Source: Chiloscyllium plagiosum
Taxonomy: Eukaryota
Assembly: GCF_004010195.1 (NCBI RefSeq)
Contig: NC_057711.1
Location: 70,419,839 to 70,471,017, forward strand
Reading direction: 5' to 3'
DNA: 51,179 nucleotides
In this document: positions 1 through 10,662 of the stretch, piece after piece
How the letters are laid out: the number at the start of each line of letters is the position of its first letter
How positions within the stretch are numbered: the first letter of the stretch is position 1
The notes under the pieces: model-generated
What the model saw: only the letters and a program-made list of their open reading frames with translations
Told to the model about the DNA's origin: nothing
Databases searched by the model: none
Position numbers and translations under genes: made by a program

Positions 1-85
1 TTCCAGCTATCTCCTTTTACCCGGTCTGGCCTACATGTGACTCCAGACCTACAACAGTCTGGTCGACTCTCCACTGCCCTCCCCC
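1..85 (+). mobile_element. Fragment of SacSINE1/DeuSINE-like SINE body
   Basis: GGTCTGGCCTACATGTGACTCCAG..GGTCGACTCT..ACTGCCCT aligns by eye with 26054-26111 inside the SINE at 25828-26175. Confidence 0.55.
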
Positions 86-354
86 CACTGGCAAATGCGT
101 GGAGAGAAACTTAGTTGGAGACAAGGTATGGGTTGAAATTGGTGAGTGAGGCAGTATTTCCTATGGGTTACGGCTGTAGCAAGGACCCAATTACAAAGGG
201 ACAACTCGGTGCTGACCAATAGTAAAGGAGAGAGGTGGAGGGGGGTGGCGGTGTGTGCGCTTTGACCTTGAGCTGCTTATTTTAAAAAAAACAGCAACTT
301 TTTCTACGCCTTTTTGGTGGAATCTGAAGCTGTAACAAAGTTGGGTCACAATAA

Positions 355-3300
355 AGGTTACCTCACTCCTGGTGAGGGCGAGGGACTTCAGTGCCCCTCC
401 CTCGTCCTCCCTGTAAATATATACACGGGTTTGTTAATTGTACTGGTGTTGGTTGCACAACGCTTCCGACATGGAGACAACTATAGCCAGCCTCACCATC
501 AACGGCAGCAGGGAGTCGCAGCGCAGATTCCAGACCCTCTCGGTCCTTCGGGACGGGAGGTATGCTGTGTGCTTCCTGCAAGAAACCCACACTACCCCGG
601 GAGACGAAGCCACCTGGCTCCTGGAGTGGCGAGGGGGGGTCTACATGAGTCACCTCACCCGCAGATCTGGCGGGGTGGCTATCCTGTTGGCCCCGCATTT
701 TCAGCCGGAGATCTTGGGGGTCAGGGAGCCGGTGCCAGGCCGTTTGCTTCACCTGACGGTTCGGCTGGGGGGCGCGGTGCTTCACTTGGTGAACGTCTAC
801 GCTCCCCCGGCCGGGCCGAGGCAAGCGAGCTTCTTCGAAGAAGTGTCCGCTCATCTCGCTTCCATCGACGAGGGCCAGTGCGTCGTCCTCGGGGGAGATT
901 TTAATTGCGTCCTCGAGGGCAGGGACCACGGCGGTGCCCGCACGGGTTGGGCGTCGGGGAAGAGGTTGGGGGACTTGGTCAAGTCCTTCGACCTGGTGGA
1001 CGTCTGGCGGAATCTCCATCCCGAGTCCATCGCCTTCACCTTCGTGAGGCCTGGGGTCGGAGTGTCCAGAATCGACCGCCTGTACGTTTCGCGGGCGTAC
1101 GCCTCCTGTTTCCCGAAGGCCTCCATGCGGCAGGTGTCGTGCACGGACCACCACCTGGTGTGGGCGGGACTCCTTCCGTTCGGCGCCAGGCTCGGCTCCG
1201 CGTACTGGCACTTTAACAACCTGCTGCTGGAGGACGAGCGGTTCCGGGACTCGTTTCGTCGTTTCTGGGCCGGCTGGAGAATGAAGCGGGGAAGCTTCCC
1301 CTCCCTGAGGCTATGGTGGGATGTGGGCAAGGCTCACGTCCGCGTCTTCTGTCAGGAGTACGCGAGGGGGTCGACGAAGAGGCGGAAATCCAGGATCGGG
1401 GAGTTGGAGAGGGAGTTGCTCGACCTGGAGTCACGCCTCGGTCAGCCCGACGCGGACCCGGCCCTGCGCGGGGTGTACGAAGAGAAGAAGGCCGCGCTCC
1501 GGGACCTGCAGCTCGTCGGGGCTCGGGGCGCGTACGTGAGGTCGCGGATCCAGCTCGTCGAGGACCTGGACCGCGGCTCCCCCTTCTTCTACTCGCTGGA
1601 AAAAAGGCGTGGCACCCGTCAGCAGCTCCTTGTGCTGCTGGCCGGCGACGGGTCCCTCCTCTCGGATCCGGAGGGTGTCAGGGCCCACGTCCGAAACTAT
1701 TACACAGCCCTGTTCTCTCCGGATCCGTCCAGCGAGGATGCTCGCAGAGTTCTGTGGGAGGACCTGCCGCAGCTCGGCCCGGAGGACGCCGGAAGGCTCG
1801 ACGCTCCCGTCACTTTGGAGGAGCTGACCGGCGCCCTCGACCGGCTCTCGAGGGGCAAAACCCCGGGGCTGGGCGGGCTGACTGTGGAGTTCTTCAGGGC
1901 GTTCTGGGACGTCCTGGGGAGCGACTACGCACAGGTCCTGGGGGAGTGTCTAAATGCTGGAGAGTTGCCCCTTTCTTGGCGCAGGGCGGTCATCGTCCTG
2001 CTGCCAAAGAAGGGGGACCTTCGTTTCTTAAAGAACTGGCGTTCGGTCTCCCTCCTCAGCACAGATTACAAAATCTTCGCCAGGGTGTTGTCTTCTCGCC
2101 TGGCCTCTGTGCTGGCCCAAATGATTCACCCGGACCAGTCCTACATTGTCATGTATCCTCCGGCCCGGGACCATGTCCACCTGGTCCGGGACCTGATCCA
2201 TTTCTGTCGACGGGCTGGTCTGCCAAGCGCCTTCCTGTCTCTTGACCAGGAGGAGACGTTTGACAGGGTCGATCACGAGTACCTGCTCGGGACTCTGCGG
2301 GCATTTGGGTTCGGGACCCAGTTCTTCACCCGGATCTGACTTTTGTACGCCGCCGCAGAGTGTCTGGTTAAAGTTAACGGGTCCCTGACGGCGCCCCTTC
2401 ACTTCGGGAGAGGAGTGCGTCAAGGCTGCCCCCTGTCCGGCCAGCTGTATTCCGTCCGTGGAGCCTTTCCTGCGCCTCTTGCGGAGGAGCTTGTTGGGGC
2501 TGGTTCTGCGCGGTGTGGGCACAGGGGTGGTCCTCTCGGCCTACGCCGATGTGCTCCTCACTTTCACCCACCCGGCTGACCTGGGGAGGATGTTCGAGTG
2601 CCAGGCCATGTACTCGGCAGCGTCTTCCGCCAGGATCAACTGGGCCAAATGTTCCGGACTACTGGTTGGTCCGTGGAGGGTGGACTCTGTCGGAGGGGGC
2701 TCAGCTGGAGTACCACCCATCTCCTCTACCTGGGGGGTCTACCTCAGCGCGGCTGAAGAATCCTGGCCGGCCAACTGGCAGGAGCTGGAGGCCAAAGTCT
2801 CGGCTCGCCTAGGCCGCTGGACAGGACTGCTCCGAGTGTTATCTTACAGGAGTAGAGTGCTGGTCATAAACCAGCTGGTGGCCGCCATGCTGTGGTACCG
2901 GCTGGTCACTTTGGTCCCTCCTCCTGGCTTTGTCGCTGACATCCAGAGAACGTTGGTCGACTTCTTCTGGGACAAAAAGATGCACTGGGTCGCTGTGCAG
3001 GTTCTGAGTCTCCCTATTGAGGAGGGCGGTCAGTCGCTGATGTGCGTCCGCACCCAGGTCGCAACGTTCCACCTTCAGACTTTGCGGCGATACCTTTACG
3101 TCGCGCCTCTTCCTAACTGGTGTGCCCTGGCGATGTATTTTTTCCGCCAGGTGCATAACCTCAACTACGACACGCAGCTCCTGTTCGTCGACCGTGACGG
3201 TTTGGAGGTTGCCCTCAAGACGTTGCCTGTCTTTTACTAGGACCTGATCACTGTTTGGAACATGGTCGAATCGCGCCACGCCTACCCTCTGGCATGAGTA

Positions 3301-4631
3301 GCAGCTGTCATCAGGGAGCCGTTGCTCAGGAATCCGCACCTCCGTACTCGCGGGTTCGAGTGGCTATCGGAGGGTAGGGCCGTGGCGGCGAGGGTGACCA
3401 GGGTCGGGGACGTGCTGGGTGCCGGGGGCCTGGACTGGACGCTGCCGCAGGACAGAGCGAGCAGGGCAGCGGTAGACGTCCAGTACGTGGCCACCGCCAT
3501 CCGATGCCTTAAAATGGCGGTGCTCGGACCCGACGTAGTGCACCAGTTGGAGGACGCTCAGGTGTGCGGTGGGATCCCGTCCGTGCTCACCCCAGCCCGG
3601 ACGGAATTTCACATTGGTCCCATGGTCCCGTACTTCCTGCGGGAGCCTGTGCCCCACAACCTGAGCCGCCTCCAGAATTTTAATTTTGTTCCCTTCCAGG
3701 GGGTAAAAAGGAGGGCCCTGTATAGACTGCTGCTGCACACCGTCCACCTCTTCTCACTCATTCACCGTCCGCACCCGCCTTGGCGTGCCCATTTGCCACT
3801 GGGTGGTGGAGATCCCCTGTAAAGGGCTCTCTACGCGGGAGTCCTCCCCCTTTCTCTCGGGGATCTGGAGTGGAGGGTGCTGCACGCAGCAGTCCCCTGC
3901 AACCGCAGATTGCGGTGGTTCACGGACTCCCAGCCCAACTGCTTGTTCTGTGGCGTCCATGGACCACGTGTATATTGGGTGTGGGCGTTTGCACTCCCTT
4001 TTTGATTTTCTGAAAAACCACCTCCTCTGTTTTTTGGCTGCACTTCAGTCCCACGCTCCTGATCTTTGGGCACCCGGTACGGAGGAGGGAGGGCAGGTCT
4101 GAAGACCTCCTCGTGGGTCTGCTCCTGGGCCTGGCCAAACTAGCCATTAACAGGTCCAGGCAGTGGGCCATGGAGGGAGTCGTTAGGGCCGACTGCCTGC
4201 CCCTCTTCTACGGTTACGTTAGAGCCCGGGTGTCCTTGGAGAAGGAGCACGCGGTGTCCACCAACACCCTGGAGTTGTTCAGGGAGAGGTGGGCGCCGCA
4301 GGGAGTGGAGTGCATCATTTCTCCCTCCACCTCTATTTTGATTTAGTCCCTACCCTCCCCTTCACTGTTTGATCACACAGCACTGCCCTTTGATGTGAAG
4401 GGCAGTGTTTGACACTGGCCACCCAGGTGTTTTCCTATCTTCCTGGTGGTGGAATTTGAATAAAGATTCGTGCACTTTGTGTCTTTTTCACTGTGTCTCA
4501 CACCTGCACGCACACACCATGGGTGCTGGGGGAAAAAAATAAGCACTACCGCAGTTAGGCGGTAGTGTGGGGGTAAAAAAGAAAGAAACAAGATGCTTTG
4601 CTCCTCTCCCTTGTAAAAAAGAAAAAAAAAA
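355..4631 (+). mobile_element. Tx1-clade (L1 group) non-LTR retrotransposon, ORF1 absent, GC/CpG-rich
   Basis: APE-RT-zinc knuckle ORF2, 3' UTR with AATAAA (4459-4464), hairpins and A-rich tail ending ~4631; abrupt GC/CpG enrichment relative to flanks. 5' boundary uncertain (could extend to ~222). Confidence 0.9.
471..4346 (+). pseudogene. Tx1 ORF2 (AP endonuclease, reverse transcriptase, C-terminal CCHC), disrupted
   Basis: ATG at 471 (METTIASLTING); APE motifs FLQETH, GGDFNC, SRIDR, TDHH; RT motifs KNWRSVSLLSTDYKIF, SLDQEETFDRVDH, GVRQGCPLSG, YAD(D) at 2542-2550 with one Asp codon missing; CLFC...DHVYIGC near 3940-3985. Stops at 2337, 3238, 3820 and several frameshifts. Confidence 0.92.
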
Positions 4632-4830
4632 TCTCTCGCTTATTTCCCCCACCAACTCTAGTTTGATTAATCCCTCCCCTCCCCTTCACTGTTTGATCAC
4701 AGCATTGCCCTTTTGTGAAGGGCACTGCTTGTCACTGGCCACATGGGTGTTTCATTTCGAGAGCTGGATCAGTGTGAGTGTGTGCACGTGCAAGGACTCT
4801 CCGGCTTGACTGTGTAAAAAGAAAAATAAA
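4632..4830 (+). mobile_element. Second, heavily 5'-truncated Tx1-like 3' end in tandem
   Basis: 4640-4752 is a diverged copy of ~4315-4433 (end of ORF2 plus 3' UTR hairpin); ends in its own A-rich tail at 4816-4830. Confidence 0.7.
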
Positions 4831-5015
4831 CAGGAGTGTTACCTTCTTCACTCTGACAGCTGGCTCTTGAGGGAAAAAAAACGGGAATGTCAGAGAGTCA
4901 CTTCATTCTGGGGAATGGCTCTGAGCTGGCTGGTCAGAGACCATGTACTGTGCTTGTGGAAATAAAGAGTGACTTGTGACCAGATACCAGCCTCTGTACA
5001 GTTATTTCAATAACA
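4831..5015 (+). repeat. LTR-like 3' portion (R/U5-like)
   Basis: AATAAA at 4961-4966 followed by ~45 nt ending in ...TTATTTCA / ...TAACA; two related modules start at 4831 and 4882. Confidence 0.35.
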
Positions 5016-5994
5016 ATAAAATTCCTTAGGCTGTAAACCTAATATTAGTGTTTAAAACATCATGCTTTCAAACAGGAGGACACGGAGGTTAAACTAATGT
5101 ATGTTTTGACTTCCAAGTTTAGTTTTTAAATTGAAAGAAGCTTTTTGGCTACTGATTTTACTTTTAGGTCTGTATATAGTCTACTAACTGCTGTATCGTG
5201 ATGTGTCAGGAAACAGAGTAATACTTCATTTGGTTTATTGCAGCAGCAGCACAGGCCATATAATTTGAAATGTCTTGTGCTTTAAGTAGAAAAATTATAT
5301 GTTTGCCTCCTGCTATCTAATGTGCAGAGATGTACTCACATAAATATGCTACTATTAGGTTTCCAATTGCTTTAAGGTTCAGGTCTGTACAATATGTAAT
5401 GATATTTCCAACGTACTGCAAATCAAACCTTGGATTTTCTTATCGGTATATATTACTGCTTAGCATTGCACTGCCACCATGTTGGGATATAATATGGTAT
5501 CTGATATCTGGGAGTTGTTTATTTATAATTAACCACTACATTAAACCCAGATCTGTTCTGACCTCACAATAGGTATAATGATGGACTTTTGCCTTCATTA
5601 GGGTATTCATACCTAATGAACTGACATTTATGTCAGCTTCTGCATCATAAAAATAAGATATGCTTAATGTTGTACTGAAGGATTCAAAACACTGATATTA
5701 AAGTGCATAATATTAATTCTATTACAATTACAAACACTTACATTTCTGGGCTAAAGCTAGATACAAGTTATAGCATGCTTCACTCAACATGTCTTGCTAT
5801 AAGACAATGCAGAAGGGTAGAGACTGAGATATTTATGTCATCAGATTACATGCTATGCTACTTTGATGACATCATCAGCATGTCCCTTAAAAGGTATATT
5901 GGCATATTAACTGTGAGACACAAAGCAACAAATTTAACAAAGCCCAGTGTCCTGGAATAAAGACAGGCACAGAAACAAATATGACCATGAGGTG

Positions 5995-6200
5995 AGGAAA
6001 TGCAAGAGTGAACAGTAATGCAAATGATCTGTGCAAATCAATGCAAAACTGTCCCCGGAACAATATTGCGTATTTGCAGCATTTTCAGACCAATATCGTC
6101 TCAAAATGAATATTCATAAATGCGAAAAGGCGAGAAAATCATTTCATGTTCACATTTTACAGGAATGTAAACAATCCATTGTCTACTTTATGCAAAAATG
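5995..6200. promoter_or_regulatory. Candidate enhancer: POU/Sox/Fox motif cluster
   Basis: ATGCAAAT 6018-6025, near-octamers at 6031, 6041, 6072 (reverse) and 6190, palindrome ATGAATATTCAT 6106-6117, TGTAAACA 6166-6173, ACAATccATTGT 6171-6182. Confidence 0.3.
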
Positions 6201-6919
6201 AAATATGTTGATGATAGTTTTGGAAGATCGGTGTATATAATTAAATTGTTTGTTGAAGCAAGACATCTCTAGTTAAAAGTTGACTGTCAGCAGAAAACTT
6301 TCACTTTCACTCAAGATCACAGTTGTTACCAACACATAACCCATTAAGTTTTTTTTTGTGAGCTGTTTAAAATTGAAATGAAATAAGTAGATTACTGTGT
6401 CAGCAAGGAAATAGATTAAAGGAATAAATCTACAGTTTTCCTTCAGGTGACGTGCCTGTCTTGAATTCCCCTACACAGGACAAGTTGTCATCTATTATTG
6501 TCCAAATGACGTAAACTAATTAAAATTAAGATACAAATACAAATTAGGTCATTTACCAAATAGACTCTCCTGTATAATTCTCTGAGTTTAATTTCCATCA
6601 TCATGAACCTAATGTAACTATAAAACTATGAATAATGACATAATAAATTATGATAATTGTTGCAATTTCTATTCAGTTCATACTGCAAATAATGTTGATA
6701 AAGACACAGCAATATTTTGCTTTAAAAGAATATTTTAGAATTAAAATGCTGTTTTCAAAAACAATTAATTAAAATGTATCCTATATTTTATTGCAAATTG
6801 AAATGCTGTATATAATTGAACTTGCAATTTTTTAGATGCTGTACTTGATGATTCAGATTGCAGCCTTATCTTCCCAACAATTATTTGCCACTTAAAGCTA
6901 GCTCAAAAGGTTTGGGTTG

Positions 6920-7370
6920 CATTTTCAAAATATTTTCTGGATCAGTAATATTGAAGAACCAACTAGAGAACAGACCATCCTCGACTGGGTATTATAATGA
7001 AAAATGATTAATTGGTAAACTAGTTCTGCGGGACTCCTGTGGAAGATTCACTCTGAATGAATTCTTCATTAAGACAGAGAGTGAAATAGTTGATTCAGAG
7101 ACTAAGGTCCTGAACCAAAATAAAGGAAACAACGATGGTATGAGGTGTGATTTGGGTGTGATAAATTGGGGAATGTCACATAAAAAGATGATGGTGGACA
7201 GGCAATAGCAAATAGTTAGTGTGTCTGGATAAACTGCAAAAATTGATTATTCATGTCTGGCACAAAAATAAATTGGAAAAGGTGGTCTTCTCATGGCTAA
7301 TAAGGAAAATGAGGGATAGTATTAGATCCAAGGAAGAGGCCTACAAAGCAGCAAAACTGAGGATTGGAGC
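6920..7370 (+). mobile_element. CR1 LINE ORF2 fragment (end of APE domain and linker)
   Basis: Decayed FLDQ..IEEPTREQTILDWV motif and downstream linker typical of CR1 ORF2. Confidence 0.65.
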
Positions 7371-7933
7371 TACTCATAAAATGCATTTATCTAAGTGCTC
7401 TTACTATATGAGACAAGCAAAGGAGTGTGATTCAAACTTAATTTTATTGAAACACTCGCAAGTTATAAAACCAACTCTTACACAATTAAATCAACTTTTC
7501 CAAACCAGCCTGAAAAGCACATATACTATTCGCTCTGGTGAACTTGATTGGGTTGCTGAATCCAATTCACTGAGCTTTGTCGACAGGGCACACCAGGTCT
7601 TCTTTGCACCAAGGTGGCTCTCACACAGCATCTTTGCTGGCCGAAGCTTCACTGAGGGAATGGCCACCAGATATTCTTCCTTATCTCCCTTTTCTGAAAC
7701 CTTCTGGAATGTGCTCTGACTTCAGCCAGAAGTGAGGCTGACAGGGTGAGAGTTACAGTACCCAATGAGGTTAGGCCAGGTCATCTGAGCTGTACTCATC
7801 CATTGTTGAGGTATGATTACACCATGCTGTCAAAGGGTCTCACTAAAACCGAGAATGCGTAAACATGATTTCTCTCCCTTTTTTTTGGCCGAGTACTTCT
7901 CACTGAGTTTTGGTACTCCTGATAATACAAGGC

Positions 7934-8905
7934 AGATATGGACAAGACCAAACCACCTCCAAGTATATCAAGGAGTTAGCCTAAACCATACCTTTTATAT
8001 TTTTACAAGCAAGTGTTCAGCACTGTGCTCCAGATGGGATTCTATTGGTCAAATTGCTAGGTTTTAGGTAAACACACTTTATTCCTGCATTACAGCTAAA
8101 AATACAAAGAAAAAATAGAATTGGCATAACTTTAATTCATTAAAAGACTTAATAAAAATAATACATTATTTAACTATTACTTATTAATTGTTGCCATGCA
8201 GCAGCAGCCCATAAACGGTGGGCGGCACCATGGTTAGCACTACTGCCTCACAGCGCTAGAGACCCTCGTTCAATTCCCGCCTCAGGCAACTGACTGTGTG
8301 GAGTTTGCACATTCTCCCCGTGTCTGCGTGGGTTTCCTCCGGGTGCTCCGGTTTCCTCCCACAAGTCCAAAAAATGTGCAGGTTAGGTGAATTGGCCATG
8401 CTAAATTGCCCGTAGTGTTAGGTGAAGGGGTAAATATAGGGGAATAATCTGGGTGGGTTGCGCTTCAGCGGGTCAGTGTGGACTTGTTGGGCCGAAGGGC
8501 CTGTTTCTACACTGTAAGTAATCTAATCTAATAAACCCACACATGGTAAAGGCAAATTCAGCAAAACAGATTTACTTCACGTTATCTCCTCTAGTCCAGG
8601 AGAAAGGAAAAACTGAAAGAAGGAATCTAACAGCAGAGAGAAAATGCAAACTTATTTTTTGCAGCAGAGAGAGACCTGTATCTAACAGTTTCAACTCCTA
8701 AACTCCCTAATTTCAAAAACCGAAAGCAAAATTAAAATTGTGGTCTGTTTGATCCTAACTCCACCCACTCATGTTTCTTTTGTCTAAGTTTTAAAATCCA
8801 AAGCTATTTTTTTTTTTTGCATGGAGCAGATGCCTCAGTTCATAACACTCCACTTCATGAGAAACAGGACAGAACAACTTCCTCTGAAAGGAACGTTTCA
8901 GCACT
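7934..8905 (-). mobile_element. Decayed LTR-like sequence split by a SINE
   Basis: Minus-strand AATAAA (TTTATT ~8078), non-coding, continuous across the SINE insertion; termini not clean. Confidence 0.3.
8217..8530 (+). mobile_element. HE1-like V-SINE
   Basis: tRNA-derived head with B-box-like GTTCAATTCCC, V-domain GTGTGGAGTTTGCACATTCTCCCCGTGTCTGCGTGGGTTTCCTCCGGGTGCTCCGGTTTCC, CR1-like tail, (TAATC)n end; TSD ATAAAC at 8211-8216 and 8531-8536. Confidence 0.92.
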
Positions 8906-9004
8906 CTGGGCCAATCCAGATTTCTTTTTTAACTGTGTTAACCTTGGCATAATTGCAGTCCATCAGGCCTTACTTGCAGAAACCATTTAGTCAATTTTTT
9001 GTTT

Positions 9005-9595
9005 GGCCTAGTTGTTTCAGCGGTTGGCCACTTGGCCACAGTGAGACCACACCTGGAGTATTATGTGCAATTTTGGTCTCATTATCTGAGGAAGGATGTT
9101 CTGGAGATAATTCAATGAAGGTTTGCAAGACTGATTCCGAGGATGGCAGGACTGACAAATGAAGAGATTGGATCAGTTAGAACGATATTCACTGGTGTTT
9201 AGAACAATGAGGGGGAATCTCACGGAAACCTAAAACATTCTAACAGGACTAGACATAGTAAACACAAGAAGCATGTACCTGATGACTGGGAAAATCCAGA
9301 GCTAGGCATCACAGTCTAAGAATACTGAGTAGGCCATTTAGGACTGAGATGAGGAGAGTTTTGTTCACCCAGAGAGTGGTGAGCCTGTGGAATTCTCAAA
9401 ATCCACAGCAAGTGGTTAAGGCCAAACCATTGAATGTTTTCAAGAAGTGGTTAGGTATAGCTATTCAGGCTAAAGATGACACAGGATATGGGGAGAACTG
9501 GCAATCAAGATACTGCGTTGAATGGTCAGCCACAATCATATTGAATGGTGGAGCGGGCTCAAAGGTCTGAATGAACTGCTCCAATTTTCTCTGCT
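9005..9595 (+). mobile_element. CR1 LINE 3' end
   Basis: PHLEY..QFW, FTQRVVSLWNS C-terminal ORF2 motifs plus 3' UTR. Confidence 0.8.
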
Positions 9596-10518
9596 TCAAT
9601 TTACATTTTTCTTGGCAGCATTTAAGTTGTACACAAATCTGAAGTGTGTCAAATGTGAAATCCAGAGCCTTGTACACCAGTGCATGTGACCTCATTTGTC
9701 AGTTAGTTTTGCAAAGCATCTATTTGTCTCCTGGTGGTACCTTTTCACAAAACCATTATCGTTGCATTAACATGATATATAAACAGTACAAGGTCCACAT
9801 TGGAGAATCAGACTCCATAATCTGATTCTCCGGTCTAATCTTTGAGTGATAATTGTAATAAATTAAGTTCTAGGAGTTTGTTTTATATTGTGCTTTCAAC
9901 CAATCCTGCTCCCTGTGTATTGAGGTACTGGTCTGGAATATCTTAGGTTGTGGGTGCCTGAAAAAAACAATATTCTTGAGGCTGTTTGCTTCTTATCTCT
10001 AAGTAATGCTCTTCAGTTCCTTTACATTCTGTAAAACTCCTTTATTCATGTCTATACACAGTAGACTCTCAAATAGCAGTTCTTGTCTAATGTCTAATAC
10101 CTCTTTTATTAACCCAAGTCTAAATCTTTAAATGTGTGGAGATATTTTTGAGATTCCTTTCAATCCCAATCCTGCTATGAAAGGTCTGATCTATCTCGAT
10201 CTGAAATTTCATATCCCCATGTAACAGCAAACATTTCTTTCCCTATGATTACGTACTTCTCGTTGATCTCCCTTATTGTTCTTGATGTAAAATAGATTGG
10301 ATTTCATGTTTCATCAGTTTACATTTACTTTTAGTCCTGTGGATGATGCATCCAGTGCTATTATAGTGAATAAACTGTATTGTAATTTGCTAAAACTTCA
10401 GTCGGAAGTAATCTCTCTTTAATCTTTCAATATCTGTTTCTGACTGGTCTTTTTTCAAAAGCTTTCTTGTGGAATGAGTAAGACTGACTATTGGAGATAA
10501 ACATTTCCATTTGATTCA

Positions 10519-10662
10519 AAAGTTAAAAATCACAACTTGATGAAGGAGCAATGCTCCAAAAGCTAGTGCTTCCAAATAAACCTGTTGGACTATAACCTGA
10601 TGTTGTGAGATTTTTAATTTTGTTTACCCCAGTCCAACACCAGCATCTCCAAATCACGACTA
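10519..10662 (+). mobile_element. Penelope-type mini-insertion, family B (degenerate hammerhead, AGCT-A core)
   Basis: TTGATGAAGGAGCAATGCTCCAAAAGCTAGTG; short inverted 5' arm AAAGTTAAAAATCACAAC; TSD CCATTTGATTCA at 10507-10518 and 10663-10674. Confidence 0.75.

Noticed and set aside
314..2522. Long alternative-frame and antisense ORFs over Tx1 (314-904, 363-1211, 1313-2245, 2028-2522)
   Set aside because: Shadow ORFs of a GC-rich coding region; Arg/Gly/Pro-rich with no motifs.
7405..7745. LTR-like fragment on minus strand and ORF 7219-7719
   Set aside because: AATAAA present but no termini or TSD; the ORF is a CR1 fragment running into non-coding sequence.
8217..8290. tRNA gene
   Set aside because: A/B boxes belong to SINE heads continuous with V-domain and LINE tail; no full cloverleaf.
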